Translations under genes and position numbers: made by a program
In this document: positions 11,788 to 21,119 of the stretch, piece by piece
How positions within the stretch are numbered: the first letter of the stretch is position 1
Layout: every line of letters starts with the position of its first letter
From: Anolis carolinensis
Taxonomy: Eukaryota
Length of the DNA: 64,000 nucleotides
Reading direction: 5' to 3'
Assembly (NCBI RefSeq): GCF_035594765.1
Contig: NC_085842.1
Location: forward strand, 48,212,782-48,276,781
Notes under the pieces: model-generated
Databases searched by the model: none
What the model saw: the letters and a program-made list of their open reading frames with translations, nothing else
Told to the model about the DNA's origin: nothing

Positions 11788-12215
11788 TGATGGAAGAAAG
11801 GAGCCAGGCGGTCTGAAAAGAGGCCATGAGGTTGATGTGGTAGAGGGGAGGGATGTAGAGGAATGAGTCCTGCATCGATACCGGAGAAAGAGTCTTGATA
11901 GAGAGAGGTGGCGTCAGGTACGCCGATGGGGCTGACCAGAGGTGGGAGTGGTTCGACCGCGTTGTTTTGGCGGATGGGCGGAGCGGCGAGGCTGTTGGCG
12001 GTTCTGGTTGTTTGAAACCGAGGGACGCCTGAAGGATTGGTGACGGTAAGACGGGGGCGGAAAGCGTCGGAAGCGCTGAGGAAACCATCTGGTGCGGTGC
12101 GTTTGAGGCTGGTCACCACACTTGGTAGCCAGAACCTTAAAATTATGGTTAGTTTTGAGTTTATCGTCGGTGCCAGAATTGAAAAGACCCAAAGCGTCGA
12201 AAGGAAGGTCTTCAA
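9954..12215 (-). CDS. DIRS1 pol: reverse transcriptase - RNase H - adenine-methyltransferase-like domain, intact frame
   Basis: RT motifs LRPILDLR, SIDLRDAYFH, LPFGL..APRVF, YLDD; RNase H TTDSS..GWG, HINFLELLA, SDN, NSLADALSR; MT-like LDLFAS...DAF..DW...YLFPPFPLI. The listed start is TTG, not ATG. Confidence 0.95.
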   Translation of the reverse strand: MKTFLSTLWVFSILAPTINSKLTIILRFWLPSVVTSLKRTAPDGFLSASDAFRPRLTVTNPSGVPRFQTTRTANSLAAPPIRQNNAVEPLPPLVSPIGVPDATSLYQDSFSGIDAGLIPLHPSPLPHQPHGLFSDRLAPFFHQWESITSDAWVLRIVREGYALEFEELPPTGQILLSNPSQEILAEIDILLAKGAIQPSPSVQDPQSFFSRYFTVPKRGGRLRPILDLRVLNTFIRPTKFRMVSIASILPMLQRGDYFVSIDLRDAYFHVAIRKTHRRFLCFKVLDQTYQFTVLPFGLVTAPRVFTKVVAVVAAHLRLQGITVFPYLDDWLLVGSDPVLLRRHVDTTLSLLDSLGLQLNPDKSHLFPSNKIRFIGALFDSISQTVSLPLDRFLALRQQITLCENNRRVRARSIQVLMGHMASTVLTTPFARLHLRTLQRWFIDVFKPSRHLNSRFLSIPLHVRQSLCWWKSLSNVCKGLPFHPTPPSITITTDSSNYGWGAHMDGLTVQGLWSRSERTNHINFLELLAIFKALKAFSRLIYQKTVLVQSDNTVAVFYINKQGGTGSRKLMLLSSQLWAWCIAHNIQLLAVHLPGIQNSLADALSRMTSSCHEWMLDPETLLSLFHKWGYPTLDLFASPQNAQLPRYGARLPPASFPGCLGDAFLLDWSSKPIYLFPPFPLIPKVLQKLRSISTSAILIAPAWPRQPWYPALLHLSRGTFFTLPLLPHLLSRENGQILHPDLPSLHLTAWRILA

Positions 12216-13992
12216 TAACTTGTCTGGAGGAAGAAGACAAACCCGACGACCTCAGCCAGGCGTGGCGACGAATGGCAATGGCATGGGCGATCATCTTACC
12301 GGCCGTGTCACCTGTATGTTTAGCCACCTGAATTTGATGATGGGATAACGAGTCGGCTTCTTGTTGAAGGGTGGACAGTACAGATCGGTCCTCGTCAGAC
12401 AACTTCGAGAAAAAAGTCTGTGCTTTCTCCCAAAGGATCTGCTGGTATGCACCCATACAGGCCCCATAGTTCGCCATTCTACAAAGTAGGAGGGCCCCAG
12501 AGTAGAGCTTTCGGCCCACCGCGTCAAACCTCTTGCCTTCTCTATCTGCAGGTGTATTTGATTCACGACCGGAGGTCTGTGAAGCTTTGACGACCATGGA
12601 ATTCGGGTCGGGATGGTGTTTAAGCCACTCCAAGGCATCGTCATCGGTACGGTACCAGGATTCGATTCTCTTTGAGGTAGGAGGAATCGAGGAAGGGGTC
12701 TTCCAGGATGCTTGGATGACATCCAGAAGGTAAGGCAGAAACGGCAACAGTGTGGCTGGAGGGGCTTGAGCTTGGACCCGTTTGAAAACCGGGTCAGAGA
12801 CCGCCTTAGAAGTTTGCTTGATCGCTAAACCCAGAGCATCGGCCATCCTCACCATCTGGTCCGAGAAGGCTCGAATATTGTCCGTAGGCGAGGGAGGATC
12901 CACCTCGTATGCGTCGTGAGGAGGAGAGAGATCGAGACCAAGGGATATCACCGAGGCCGAGAGAGCGGAGTCAGGACGATCAATATCAATCTCATCGTCC
13001 TCAGCCCCTTGAGGGGACTGAGGGGGAGATGACAGCACAGTCTCTGGTGGAGGCAAAGCCTCAAGAGCAGGAGCGATCTGTGGCCGAGTCTCTTTGGAGG
13101 CCGAGGCTTGGGCAGCCCGAGCCAAGCGGGTGGTTTGTCTACCCCGTTCCGGTGTCGAGGTCGGGGGAAAAAGCTGCTGGCGGGACGGACGATGCACGGC
13201 AGCAGGCCGAGGCGATGGCACCCTGACCACTGTTTGGGTGGAGTGGTGGGGTGAGTCCTGTAGTTCGCCATCGGAAAGTTGTCGAGGAGAGGGTTGTCGA
13301 GGCCGCTGGGCGGGAGCGATCGGAGAGGATCTTCTAGAAGATGTCGCCGAAGAGGAAGGGGCGTCTTTCTTAGAAGAGGCAGAAGAGGAAGAGCGTTGGG
13401 TCGCCCTCTTTTTAGCAAGCGGCTGTTTCGAAGGAACCCTCAGAGATTTTCCCAGCGTCGGAGGGACCATTGCTGAGTCGGATTGGGTCCAACGGGCTTC
13501 CTCGTGGGCCCTCTTAAAGGCGATTTTCATCGCGGAGGTCGACGGAGGAGACCCGAGATGGGATCGAATCGAGGACACGGAGGCCACAGAGCTCGACGTC
13601 GAGGAGGGACCCACTCTACCGGAACGAGTCGACATAGTGGCCGTGGTGAGCGTGCACGGCGGTTTGACGGGCTTAGCTGTTTTGGATGCCCTGGATGTCC
13701 TGGACGAGACTGAGGGAGCCTTAGCTGCCGGTGCCGACATCGCTCTCGGGTTCAGCGTCGACGTCGCGCCCGATGTCGACGGAGTGGGCTCGGGGGCGAG
13801 CGATTTCTCGTAGAGCGCTGCTCTGAGCCTCGCGGCCCTATTCTTCCTTGCCTGAGCCGTCAGGGCTAGACAGAAACGGCAGGTACCGACGACATGGGCC
13901 TCTCCGAGACAGAAGAGGCACTTGGCGTGGCCGTCAGAATCAGGGATTTTAGCGGCACACTGAGTGCAGCGTTTGAAGCGAGTAGCAGACAT
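11914..13992 (-). CDS. DIRS1 ORF1 gag-like protein, 692 aa, intact
   Basis: ATG start; N-terminal Cys/His finger CTQC...H..CLFC....H....CRFC, Ser/Pro-rich linker, helical C-terminal region of the kind related to the LAP2alpha domain (RRHAWLRSSG...EDLPFD..GLF). Confidence 0.88.
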   Translation of the reverse strand: MSATRFKRCTQCAAKIPDSDGHAKCLFCLGEAHVVGTCRFCLALTAQARKNRAARLRAALYEKSLAPEPTPSTSGATSTLNPRAMSAPAAKAPSVSSRTSRASKTAKPVKPPCTLTTATMSTRSGRVGPSSTSSSVASVSSIRSHLGSPPSTSAMKIAFKRAHEEARWTQSDSAMVPPTLGKSLRVPSKQPLAKKRATQRSSSSASSKKDAPSSSATSSRRSSPIAPAQRPRQPSPRQLSDGELQDSPHHSTQTVVRVPSPRPAAVHRPSRQQLFPPTSTPERGRQTTRLARAAQASASKETRPQIAPALEALPPPETVLSSPPQSPQGAEDDEIDIDRPDSALSASVISLGLDLSPPHDAYEVDPPSPTDNIRAFSDQMVRMADALGLAIKQTSKAVSDPVFKRVQAQAPPATLLPFLPYLLDVIQASWKTPSSIPPTSKRIESWYRTDDDALEWLKHHPDPNSMVVKASQTSGRESNTPADREGKRFDAVGRKLYSGALLLCRMANYGACMGAYQQILWEKAQTFFSKLSDEDRSVLSTLQQEADSLSHHQIQVAKHTGDTAGKMIAHAIAIRRHAWLRSSGLSSSSRQVIEDLPFDALGLFNSGTDDKLKTNHNFKVLATKCGDQPQTHRTRWFPQRFRRFPPPSYRHQSFRRPSVSNNQNRQQPRRSAHPPKQRGRTTPTSGQPHRRT

Positions 13993-14026
13993 GAGAATCC
14001 GAAGTGAACCTTGCGGCGGAAAAAAA

Positions 14027-14080
14027 GGAACTGGAGAGCGGACGCCCAGGGCTGCCTTATATGCCCTCCGGGGATGGGGG
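14027..14080 (-). promoter_or_regulatory. DIRS left-ITR Pol II core promoter (mirrored on + in the right ITR, ~8320-8381)
   Basis: CCACGCCCC GC box, CATATAAG TATA-like box and Inr-like CCAGTT about 29 nt downstream, immediately before gag. Confidence 0.6.
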
Positions 14081-14164
14081 GCGTGGCTACCGCCAAAATT
14101 TAAAACTTCAGCTTGGGAAGAGTTTCCGTTGGAGCCCGCGCAGGCGCAGTCTCTCCAAAGGGGT

Positions 14165-14776
14165 CCCCAAAGGGGACTCAGGGCAGCTTACATGGGGCCA
14201 AGCCCGAATAAAAACAATAGCAATATAAAACACAACAATAGACAAAAAACATGCACAATTATAAAATTTAAACATTAGCCAGTAAAAACAAATGACAAGA
14301 GCTAATAAAAACATGGATTAAAATGGAGAGGTTATAAAAGTAGACTGGGTAAGGTGCACCATATAAATATTGTAAACACGAGGTGACTGATAAAGTGCTG
14401 CAAATTCTTGGAAGTGCAAATTGGGATGGGAATAGACCCTGTGTCTTTATCAAGTTGACATATGTAAAAAGTGTAAACCGGTACAGAAATGGTCACAGAT
14501 ACAGACTGCTATGGGGATGAGCAATCTTTAACTAAAGGCCTGAGTAAACAGCCAGGTTTTCAAGCTCTTTCTGAATGCTACCAGCGTGGGGGCTTGCCTG
14601 ATTTCCCTGGGGAGCGAGTTCCAGAGCCGGGAGGCCACCACGGAGAAGACCCTCTCTCTCGTCCCCACCAACCGCGCTTGTGACGGAGGTGGGAGCGAGA
14701 GGAGGGCCTCCCCGACGAACGAAGAGATCGTGCAGGTTCGTAGGGGGAGAGGCGAGCACTAAGGTAGGAGGGTCCC
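14165..14776 (-). mobile_element. L2 LINE 3' fragment lacking its tail, abutting the DIRS left ITR
   Basis: Similar to 5950-6510 on the opposite strand (VGTRERVFSVVASRLWNSLP); stops after gagtcccctttgggga. Confidence 0.85.
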
Positions 14777-14799
14777 TGATTTACATTCTATTGCTATTA

Positions 14800-15354
14800 C
14801 AGTAGAGTCTCACCTATCGAACTTAAACGGGCCGGCAGGATGTTGGATAAGCAAAAATGTTGGATAATAAGGAGGGATTAAGGAAATGCCTATTAAACAT
14901 CAAATTACATTACAATTTTACAAATTAAGCACCAAAACATCATGTTTTACAACAAATCAACAGAAAAAGCAGTTCAATACCCGATAAAGTTATGTAGTAA
15001 TTACTGTAGTTACAAATTTAGCACCAAAACATCGCAGTGTATTGAAAACATTGACTAGAATCATAGAGTTGGAAGAGACCTCAGGGGCCATCTAGTCCAA
15101 CCGCCTGCCAAGAAGCAGGAAATCGCATTTAAAGCACCCTCAACTACAAAAACGTTGATTACTAACAAATTGACTGCAAATAGATAGAATTGCATAAAAT
15201 GAACTTACAGTAACAACAATGTTGGAAATTAAATCCATAAAAAGTTCAGCCCTTGCTGCCTAGAGAAACAGCTGTGGATCCGGGCAGGAGGCAGACTGTA
15301 TTGAATAATCCAGAACGTTGGATAAACGAATGTTGGATAAGTGAGACTCTACTG
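14800..15354. mobile_element. Tc1/pogo-type MITE (TIR CAGTAGAGTCTCAC, TA TSD); other copies at 1-214, 18764-19071 and ~40186-40524
   Basis: ta|cagtagagtctcac ... gtgagactctactg|ta; carries a nested CR1 tail at ~15057-15140. Confidence 0.88.
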
Positions 15355-16642
15355 TATATGTCAATTCTGTATCTGTGTTTGGTACAAGTTTTTTATACAT
15401 GTTTTGTGTTTTTATCTATGTGATGTATTGTATTTTTATTGTCATATGTTTGTTATTCCTCCCGCCTTGAGCCATCAAGAAAGACTGGTAATAAATAAAA
15501 TGTATTACATTGTTATTATTATATTAAACTATGTAACACAATTTGTTCCTGGTTTATAAATGTTATTTTCTAATTGGTTCTATCATGAAAACATGGAAAA
15601 AGTTTATTAAACTGCAAAAACTTTGTTTTTGCAGGAAGGCTTGCAACACATTTTGCTATAGTTTTTCAATGAATATCTCATAGAGTCTCAATCAATTCAA
15701 CATAGTTTGTATCAGCCATAAAAACAAAGTTTCTGGAATGTAACAACTACTTTCAAAGTATGTACTACACAACTAAATGGGAAATAACACTTTCAAACCA
15801 GGAACATAATGTTTTTCAAATTATGTTACATAGTGATCTGAATTCAAATCACACAAGCAAAGGCTGCTGGTAAACTTAATGATGCGTGGCATTCTCTCAA
15901 TGCTCAACATAGTATTCACTGTTATTTCTTCAATTTCAAGATGCATTTTACCCCCATATAAACATCTCTAAAAATGGGATGCATAGTCCCAGACCTACAA
16001 GTCAATTCTAAATAACATGGTGTCAGTGCTCAACATTTCATTTACTATATTCCTTCAATTCTAAGATGCACTTCCCTTCAGATAAGCATCTCTAAAAACA
16101 GGGTACACCTTAGAATTGTTGGTGCTTTTTATATATAAAGCTTATTTTCATGATGGTGGTACTGAGATTAATGTGCATTTTACGATCGATGGTGCCATAG
16201 AATCTAAGGCTCCTTCTATACTGCCATAAAAATCCAGATTATCTGCTTTGAACTGGATTATATGACAGTTGAGACTCATATAATCCAGTTCAAAGCAGAT
16301 AATCTGGAATTATTTACTTTGATAAACTGGATTATATGGCAGTGTAGAAGGGGCCTCCTCTAGTAATTTGTTAATCTATGATTCTGTTTGCTTACTGTTT
16401 TGTACATATGTTCTGGTATGCATCTTATTTTGCTCTATGTTTCCTGAGAAGTTGTGGGGGGTGGGGCAGCAGACCACATGATCTGATCTGAGACTGCTCA
16501 GACCTCAGACTCTATTTTAGATTCTTCTTAGGGCCCTTCAGCATAGCCATATAACCGAGAATATCAAGGCAGAAAATCCCATAATATCTCCTTTGAACTG
16601 GGTTATCGGAGTCCACATTGCCATATATTCCAGTCCAAAGCA

Positions 16643-16821
16643 ACAACAACAACAATTCTTTATTGATTAGTCACTTTTGACCATATCAAAACATGTAAAA
16701 CATACAATACGCACACACTTACGCATACATACAATAAAACCATGTAAAGATACAAAACATCCTGACCTGCGGCCTAATAACCCACTCCTAGACAAATACA
16801 GAGTAAAAAGGTTAAAATTAG
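16643..16821 (-). mobile_element. 3' end of a non-LTR retroelement with AATAAA and (TTG)n tail, fused to the U6 fragment
   Basis: Minus strand ends ...tcaataaagaattgttgttgttgttg; the whole insert is flanked by cagtccaaagca / cagttcaaagca. Family not identified. Confidence 0.65.
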
Positions 16822-16823
16822 TC

Positions 16824-16861
<38 letters not shown>
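16822..16861 (+). pseudogene. U6 snRNA 5' fragment (about nt 5-44), retrocopy
   Basis: TCGCTTCGGCAGCACATATACTAAAATTGGAACGATACAG matches U6 exactly; it stops inside the ACAGAGA box and has no PSE/TATA or terminator. Confidence 0.93.
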
Positions 16862-18004
16862 TTCAAAGCAGATAATGTGGGATTTTATTCAGTTGTGTAG
16901 CAGGGGCCTTAGACTTTGGACAGCTAAGACAAACGCTTGTTTGATGTTTTTAAGAAAGATGCCCTGTGACATCTGCACAGAGAAACTATCTCAGACATAT
17001 CTGTAACTGGACAGATAAGTTATGTACCTGTACTATGCTGAACACATGAAGATTGTGAGTAAATCAAATATGTTATTTTGCCAAAGCCTACTTCATTTTT
17101 GTCTCTTGAGTGCATGACATAAAAGTAGTTGTTTTATGGGAGAGTATATATATATATATTTGGGCACTGAAAAATACTTCTGAAACTCTGCTATTTTGTG
17201 CACTGGCATATTCCCTGTTCCTAACAGATCAGAGACAATAGGTTAAATCTAACAACTGGAAACATTGCCTTGCATATTGCATTTGGTTGTATACCATATG
17301 AGAAGATTCTACTCAAACAAACAGGTTGTTGGCTCTTCTCTGGAAGATCAAACTTTTCCAAATGGTTATGAATAGCATTTTCTAAAAGAAATACAGCAGT
17401 ATTTGCTTCAAACTTTGCAGTTTAGAAACACAACATGGTTTAATCTACCGAAAAGAGAAATTAAATGTCACCATAGCTCATTACTGTTATCAGAACCAGC
17501 ATGCTTCTGAGGATAAAAGTTTAGGAAACTTCTCCTGGCCTACAGCTACAGCTTCACTTTCCAATTAGTCCCATTCTTACAAGTTAGTTCTAATTGGCTG
17601 TCAGCATTCAAATACTTAAGGCAGTAATCCCAAAGGCTGTTCAGCCTACAAACTAAACTAAACCAGGCAGGGGCAAACTTGGGCCCTCCAGATGTTTTAG
17701 ACTTCAACTCTCACAATTCCTAACAGCCAAATTGTAGCAACTAAAGTCCAAAACACCCGGAAGGTCCAAGTTTGTCCAGGCCTGATCTATACTACAGATT
17801 GAATGCAGCTTAACACTGCTTTGATTGCTTGAATCTGAAGACGCCAAACCCATGCATATGGAGGGCTGACTGTAATGTGAAGAGGCCTGGAGAGATTGAG
17901 GGTGCATTTCTACACTGAATAATCAATCTAGTTTGACATGGCTTTAACTGCTATGGAGTCATGGGAGTTGTAGTTTAACAGGGTCTTGGGAGTGGTAGTT
18001 TAAC

Positions 18005-19205
18005 AAGGGACCACCAAATGCAGCATTGCCCAAACACGAATCAAGGAACATGAAAGGCACCGCAGACTAACTCAACCAGAGAAGCCAGCCATAGCAGTGC
18101 ATTTGATGAACCAACCTGAGCACAGGATATTTTTTGAGAAGACAGAAATGCTAGACCACGCTAACAACCACAATGCCAGACTATACAGAGAATCAACTGA
18201 AATCCACAAGCATGTGGACAATTTCAACAAAAAGGAGGAAACCACGAAATCAACAAAATCTGGCTACCAATATTAAAAAAAAACCTCTAAAATCATGACA
18301 GTAAATAAAGAACAACACTCAGAAAACAGAGGAATTCCAGATGAGAAACAATCAGGGCCAGCTAACGCCTCCCAATAAAGGATTCCCCCAGGCAGGAAGA
18401 AGCCAGGCTTTGAAGCAGCAAGGCTATTCAATGCTACTCAAGGTGGCCAATTGCACCATTCACACTTGCCTCAAGCAGACAAGAGTACAAAGGCTTTGAA
18501 AAAATGATCCTGGGATATTTATTTTAGCATAGAGAAGCAGATTTACAAATGGAAGAAAATTAATCCGGGGGGAAGATTCCTCCCCGGATGCAACCTGGTA
18601 TAGATATGGATAGAAGTCAAACAATTTTTACTTTTTTTCTACTTTTTTTTCTCCTGCTTACCCTCTCCCCCCTTGAATTTCCTACTTTTCTATAACCATA
18701 AATGTTCCCCCACTTTTATTGTTATCCTTTGAAATTTTAAATAAAATATCAAGAAAATAAATACAGTAGAGTCTCACTTATCCAACATAAACGGGTCGGC
18801 AGAATGTTGGGTAAGCAAATATGTTGGCTAATAAGGAGGGATTAAGGAAAAGCCTATTAAACATCAAATTAGGTTATGATTTTACAAATTAAGGACCAAA
18901 AATCATGTTATACAACAAATTTGACAGAAATAGTAGTTCAATACGCTGTAACGCTATGCAGTAATTACTGTATTTACAAATTTAGCACCAAAATGTCATG
19001 ATGTATTGAAAACATTGACTACAAAAATGCATTGGATAATCCAGAACGTTGGATTAAGTGAGACTCTACTGTATATCAACCCCACTGGCCCAGTTTCCAA
19101 AAAAACTCACAACCTCTAAGGATGTTGCCATAGATGTGGGCGAAATATCATGAGATAATGCTTCTGTAACATGGCCATATAGCCTAGAAAACTCACAGCA
19201 ACCTA
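18005..19205 (+). mobile_element. Penelope-like element remnant (GIY-YIG C-terminus plus pLTR), interrupted by later insertions
   Basis: Reads QTRIKEHERHRRLTQPEKPAIAVHLMNQPEHRIFFEKTEMLDHANNHNARLYRESTEIHKHVDNFNKKEE from ~18030; the pLTR tail resumes at 19072-19205. Confidence 0.85.
18764..19071. mobile_element. Tc1/pogo-type MITE nested in the Penelope remnant
   Basis: Same TIRs and TA duplication. Confidence 0.88.
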
Positions 19206-19313
19206 GGTCTATTGTTGTTGTTGTTCTTATGTTTTTTTTATACTCGCTTACTCTCTCTACAAAACAGACTCGGGAGGGGCTTACAGTAAAACCACATGCA
19301 ACACAATTTTAAA

Positions 19314-19315
<2 letters not shown>

Positions 19316-19359
<44 letters not shown>

Positions 19360-19395
19360 CATACATACATACACATACATACATATATATGTATA
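19316..19395. repeat. (TA)n/(TACA)n microsatellite
   Basis: Direct reading. Confidence 0.95.
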
Positions 19396-19425
19396 CAAAC
19401 ATCAAAAACAGAATTAAAACGTACA

Positions 19426-19625
19426 GGGTTGTTATGTGTTTTCCGGGCTGTATGGCTATGTTCCAGAAGCATTCTCGCCTGACGTTTCGCCCACATCTAT
19501 GGCATGCATCCTCAGAGGTTGTGAGGTATATTGGAAAAGCTAAGCAAGGGAGGCTTATATATCTGCGGAAGGTCCAGAGTGGGAGAAAGAACTCTCTCAC
19601 CCGGGACCTTCTACAGATATATAAA
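19426..19625 (-). mobile_element. Penelope pLTR fragment, inverted relative to 19072-19205
   Basis: Reverse-complement similarity to 19105-19205; contains the hammerhead motif. Confidence 0.8.
19478..19518 (-). ncRNA. Minimal type I hammerhead ribozyme motif (Penelope-associated)
   Basis: CCU-CUGAGGA-U-GCAUGC-CAUAGAU-GUGGGC-GAAAC-GUC-AGG: core boxes intact, stem I CCU/AGG, palindromic ACGU stem III, stem II with one A.G mismatch. Confidence 0.75.
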
Positions 19626-19703
19626 CACCGCTGGAAACGTCTTTAGAGAGAGGAAAAAAAACACCATAACTACAAAGCACCAAAACACAACCCTCCGCCT
19701 TAC

Positions 19704-20030
19704 CCACCACTGAGGCAACTGAGCCAGCAACTCCACGCGCTGCTTCACGCGCTTCGGGCTCCTTGACTCCGCCCCGCAGCTGTAGGTCCGGCCCTCCTCG
19801 GCGATGCGCGCATTCCTATTGGCTGCGACAACTGACAACTCGAGCATTCTCCTCCTGTGTCTAACTAGGAATCAAAATCATTGGCGAATCTCATCCAATC
19901 ATGAGTCAGATAGAGAATGACAGTAGGAGGGGAAGAGGTTGGCGGAAAAAGGGAGAACGTGAGTGATACGACTGAAGGGAGGGGGAGTGAGGAACTACGT
20001 CATTGTATTTCTGCGCATGCGCACATCCAC
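19704..20030 (-). promoter_or_regulatory. SHQ1: Probable SHQ1 promoter and non-coding first exon (small CpG island)
   Basis: Non-repeat CpG cluster upstream of the SHQ1 ATG; perfect NRF1 palindrome TGCGCATGCGCA at 20012-20023, CCAAT/ATTGG boxes, GC box; minus-strand donor TGG|GTAAGG at 19704/19703; the ATG exon has candidate acceptors (ttttccaag|, tttttcaag|) and no CpG island of its own. Confidence 0.7.
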
Positions 20031-21119
20031 TCCATTCGCCTGACTAAAGAGATTCATTTTGGGTCTACCTTGAAGAATGAAGGCAGTCTGGCTCCACTTT
20101 ATCTGCTTGCTTCAATGCTATGCTGTCATTACAAGGTTTCTAGCCATCTCTGGATCTATCCACACAACCATATAACCCAGAATAACAAGGCAAAATATCC
20201 CACAATATCTGCTTTGAACTGGAATATATGGCACTCAAATAACCCTGTTCAAAGAAGACATTGTGGGATTTTCTGCCTTGATATTCTGGGTTATATGGCC
20301 TTCTGTTTCATACTCCAAACTACAAATTCCATGATTCCACTGAACTGTTCCAAGCAGTTAAAGTGGTGTCAAACTGCATCAGTTCTACAGTGTAGATGCG
20401 CACATGGCCGAGGGGGATTCGAAGATACCTTGCAAGTGTCTTCACCTGTTATTATATTTAATCTTTAAAGTGTGTTCATGTGTTCCTTCTTTTTTGATAA
20501 ATAAGGGTTACCAATAATTCAAAAATTCTGTATAGATTTTCTGTTTTATAGTAGATAGCTCCTTTCTACTCAGGCATTTAAAGAAGAGTATTTTAAAGCT
20601 GGCCCAGGAGGTGCTGAGTAGTGTATTATGTGTTTTAATAGGTTTTTAATGGTTTTAATGGCTTTCACTATTTTTAATAGTCCTGTGTTTAATTCTATTT
20701 TAGTGGTTATATGTCTTAGGTTTTAAATTGCACATTAGTCTCGTTTTTAGTATTCTTAGCTAGCTGCAATCAACCATCAAGAAAACCATTAATACTTATC
20801 AGTGCTGTGTGGTTTGTGTAATCACCATCCAGGCCTCAAACTGGTTCCAGGATTTCCTATGTAATAATCTGAACTGTGAAACTTTCTTCCAATACCGGTT
20901 TGAAACTACATTGAATGGTCAGTATATGAATTATTCCCCTCTTCTCACTCTCAGTCTCCTCTTCTTTTCATTCTCCATCTCTTCTTCTCTGTCTCCTCCT
21001 CCTATTCTTCCTTCTCCTCCTCCTCCTCTCCTTCTCCATCTTCTCTTTTTCTTCTCATTCTCCATCTCCTCCTCATCCTTCTCCTCCTCCTACTCTTCCT
21101 TCTCTTCTTCATCACATCC

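Larger units (their letters stand above)
8192..14157 (-). mobile_element. DIRS1-like tyrosine-recombinase retrotransposon, near full length
   Basis: Inverted terminal repeats (~8251-8381 vs ~14027-14157), right extension plus internal complementary region, and gag, RT/RNaseH/MT and YR ORFs in the canonical overlapping DIRS1 layout; CpG-rich relative to the host, so probably young. Confidence 0.97.

Noticed and set aside
12909-13813. Plus-strand ORFs antisense to gag (e.g. 239 aa)
   Set aside because: Expected shadow ORFs in GC-rich coding sequence; no recognisable motifs.
16822-16861. Functional U6 snRNA gene
   Set aside because: Only ~40 of ~107 nt, no promoter or terminator, and it lies inside a TSD-flanked insertion.
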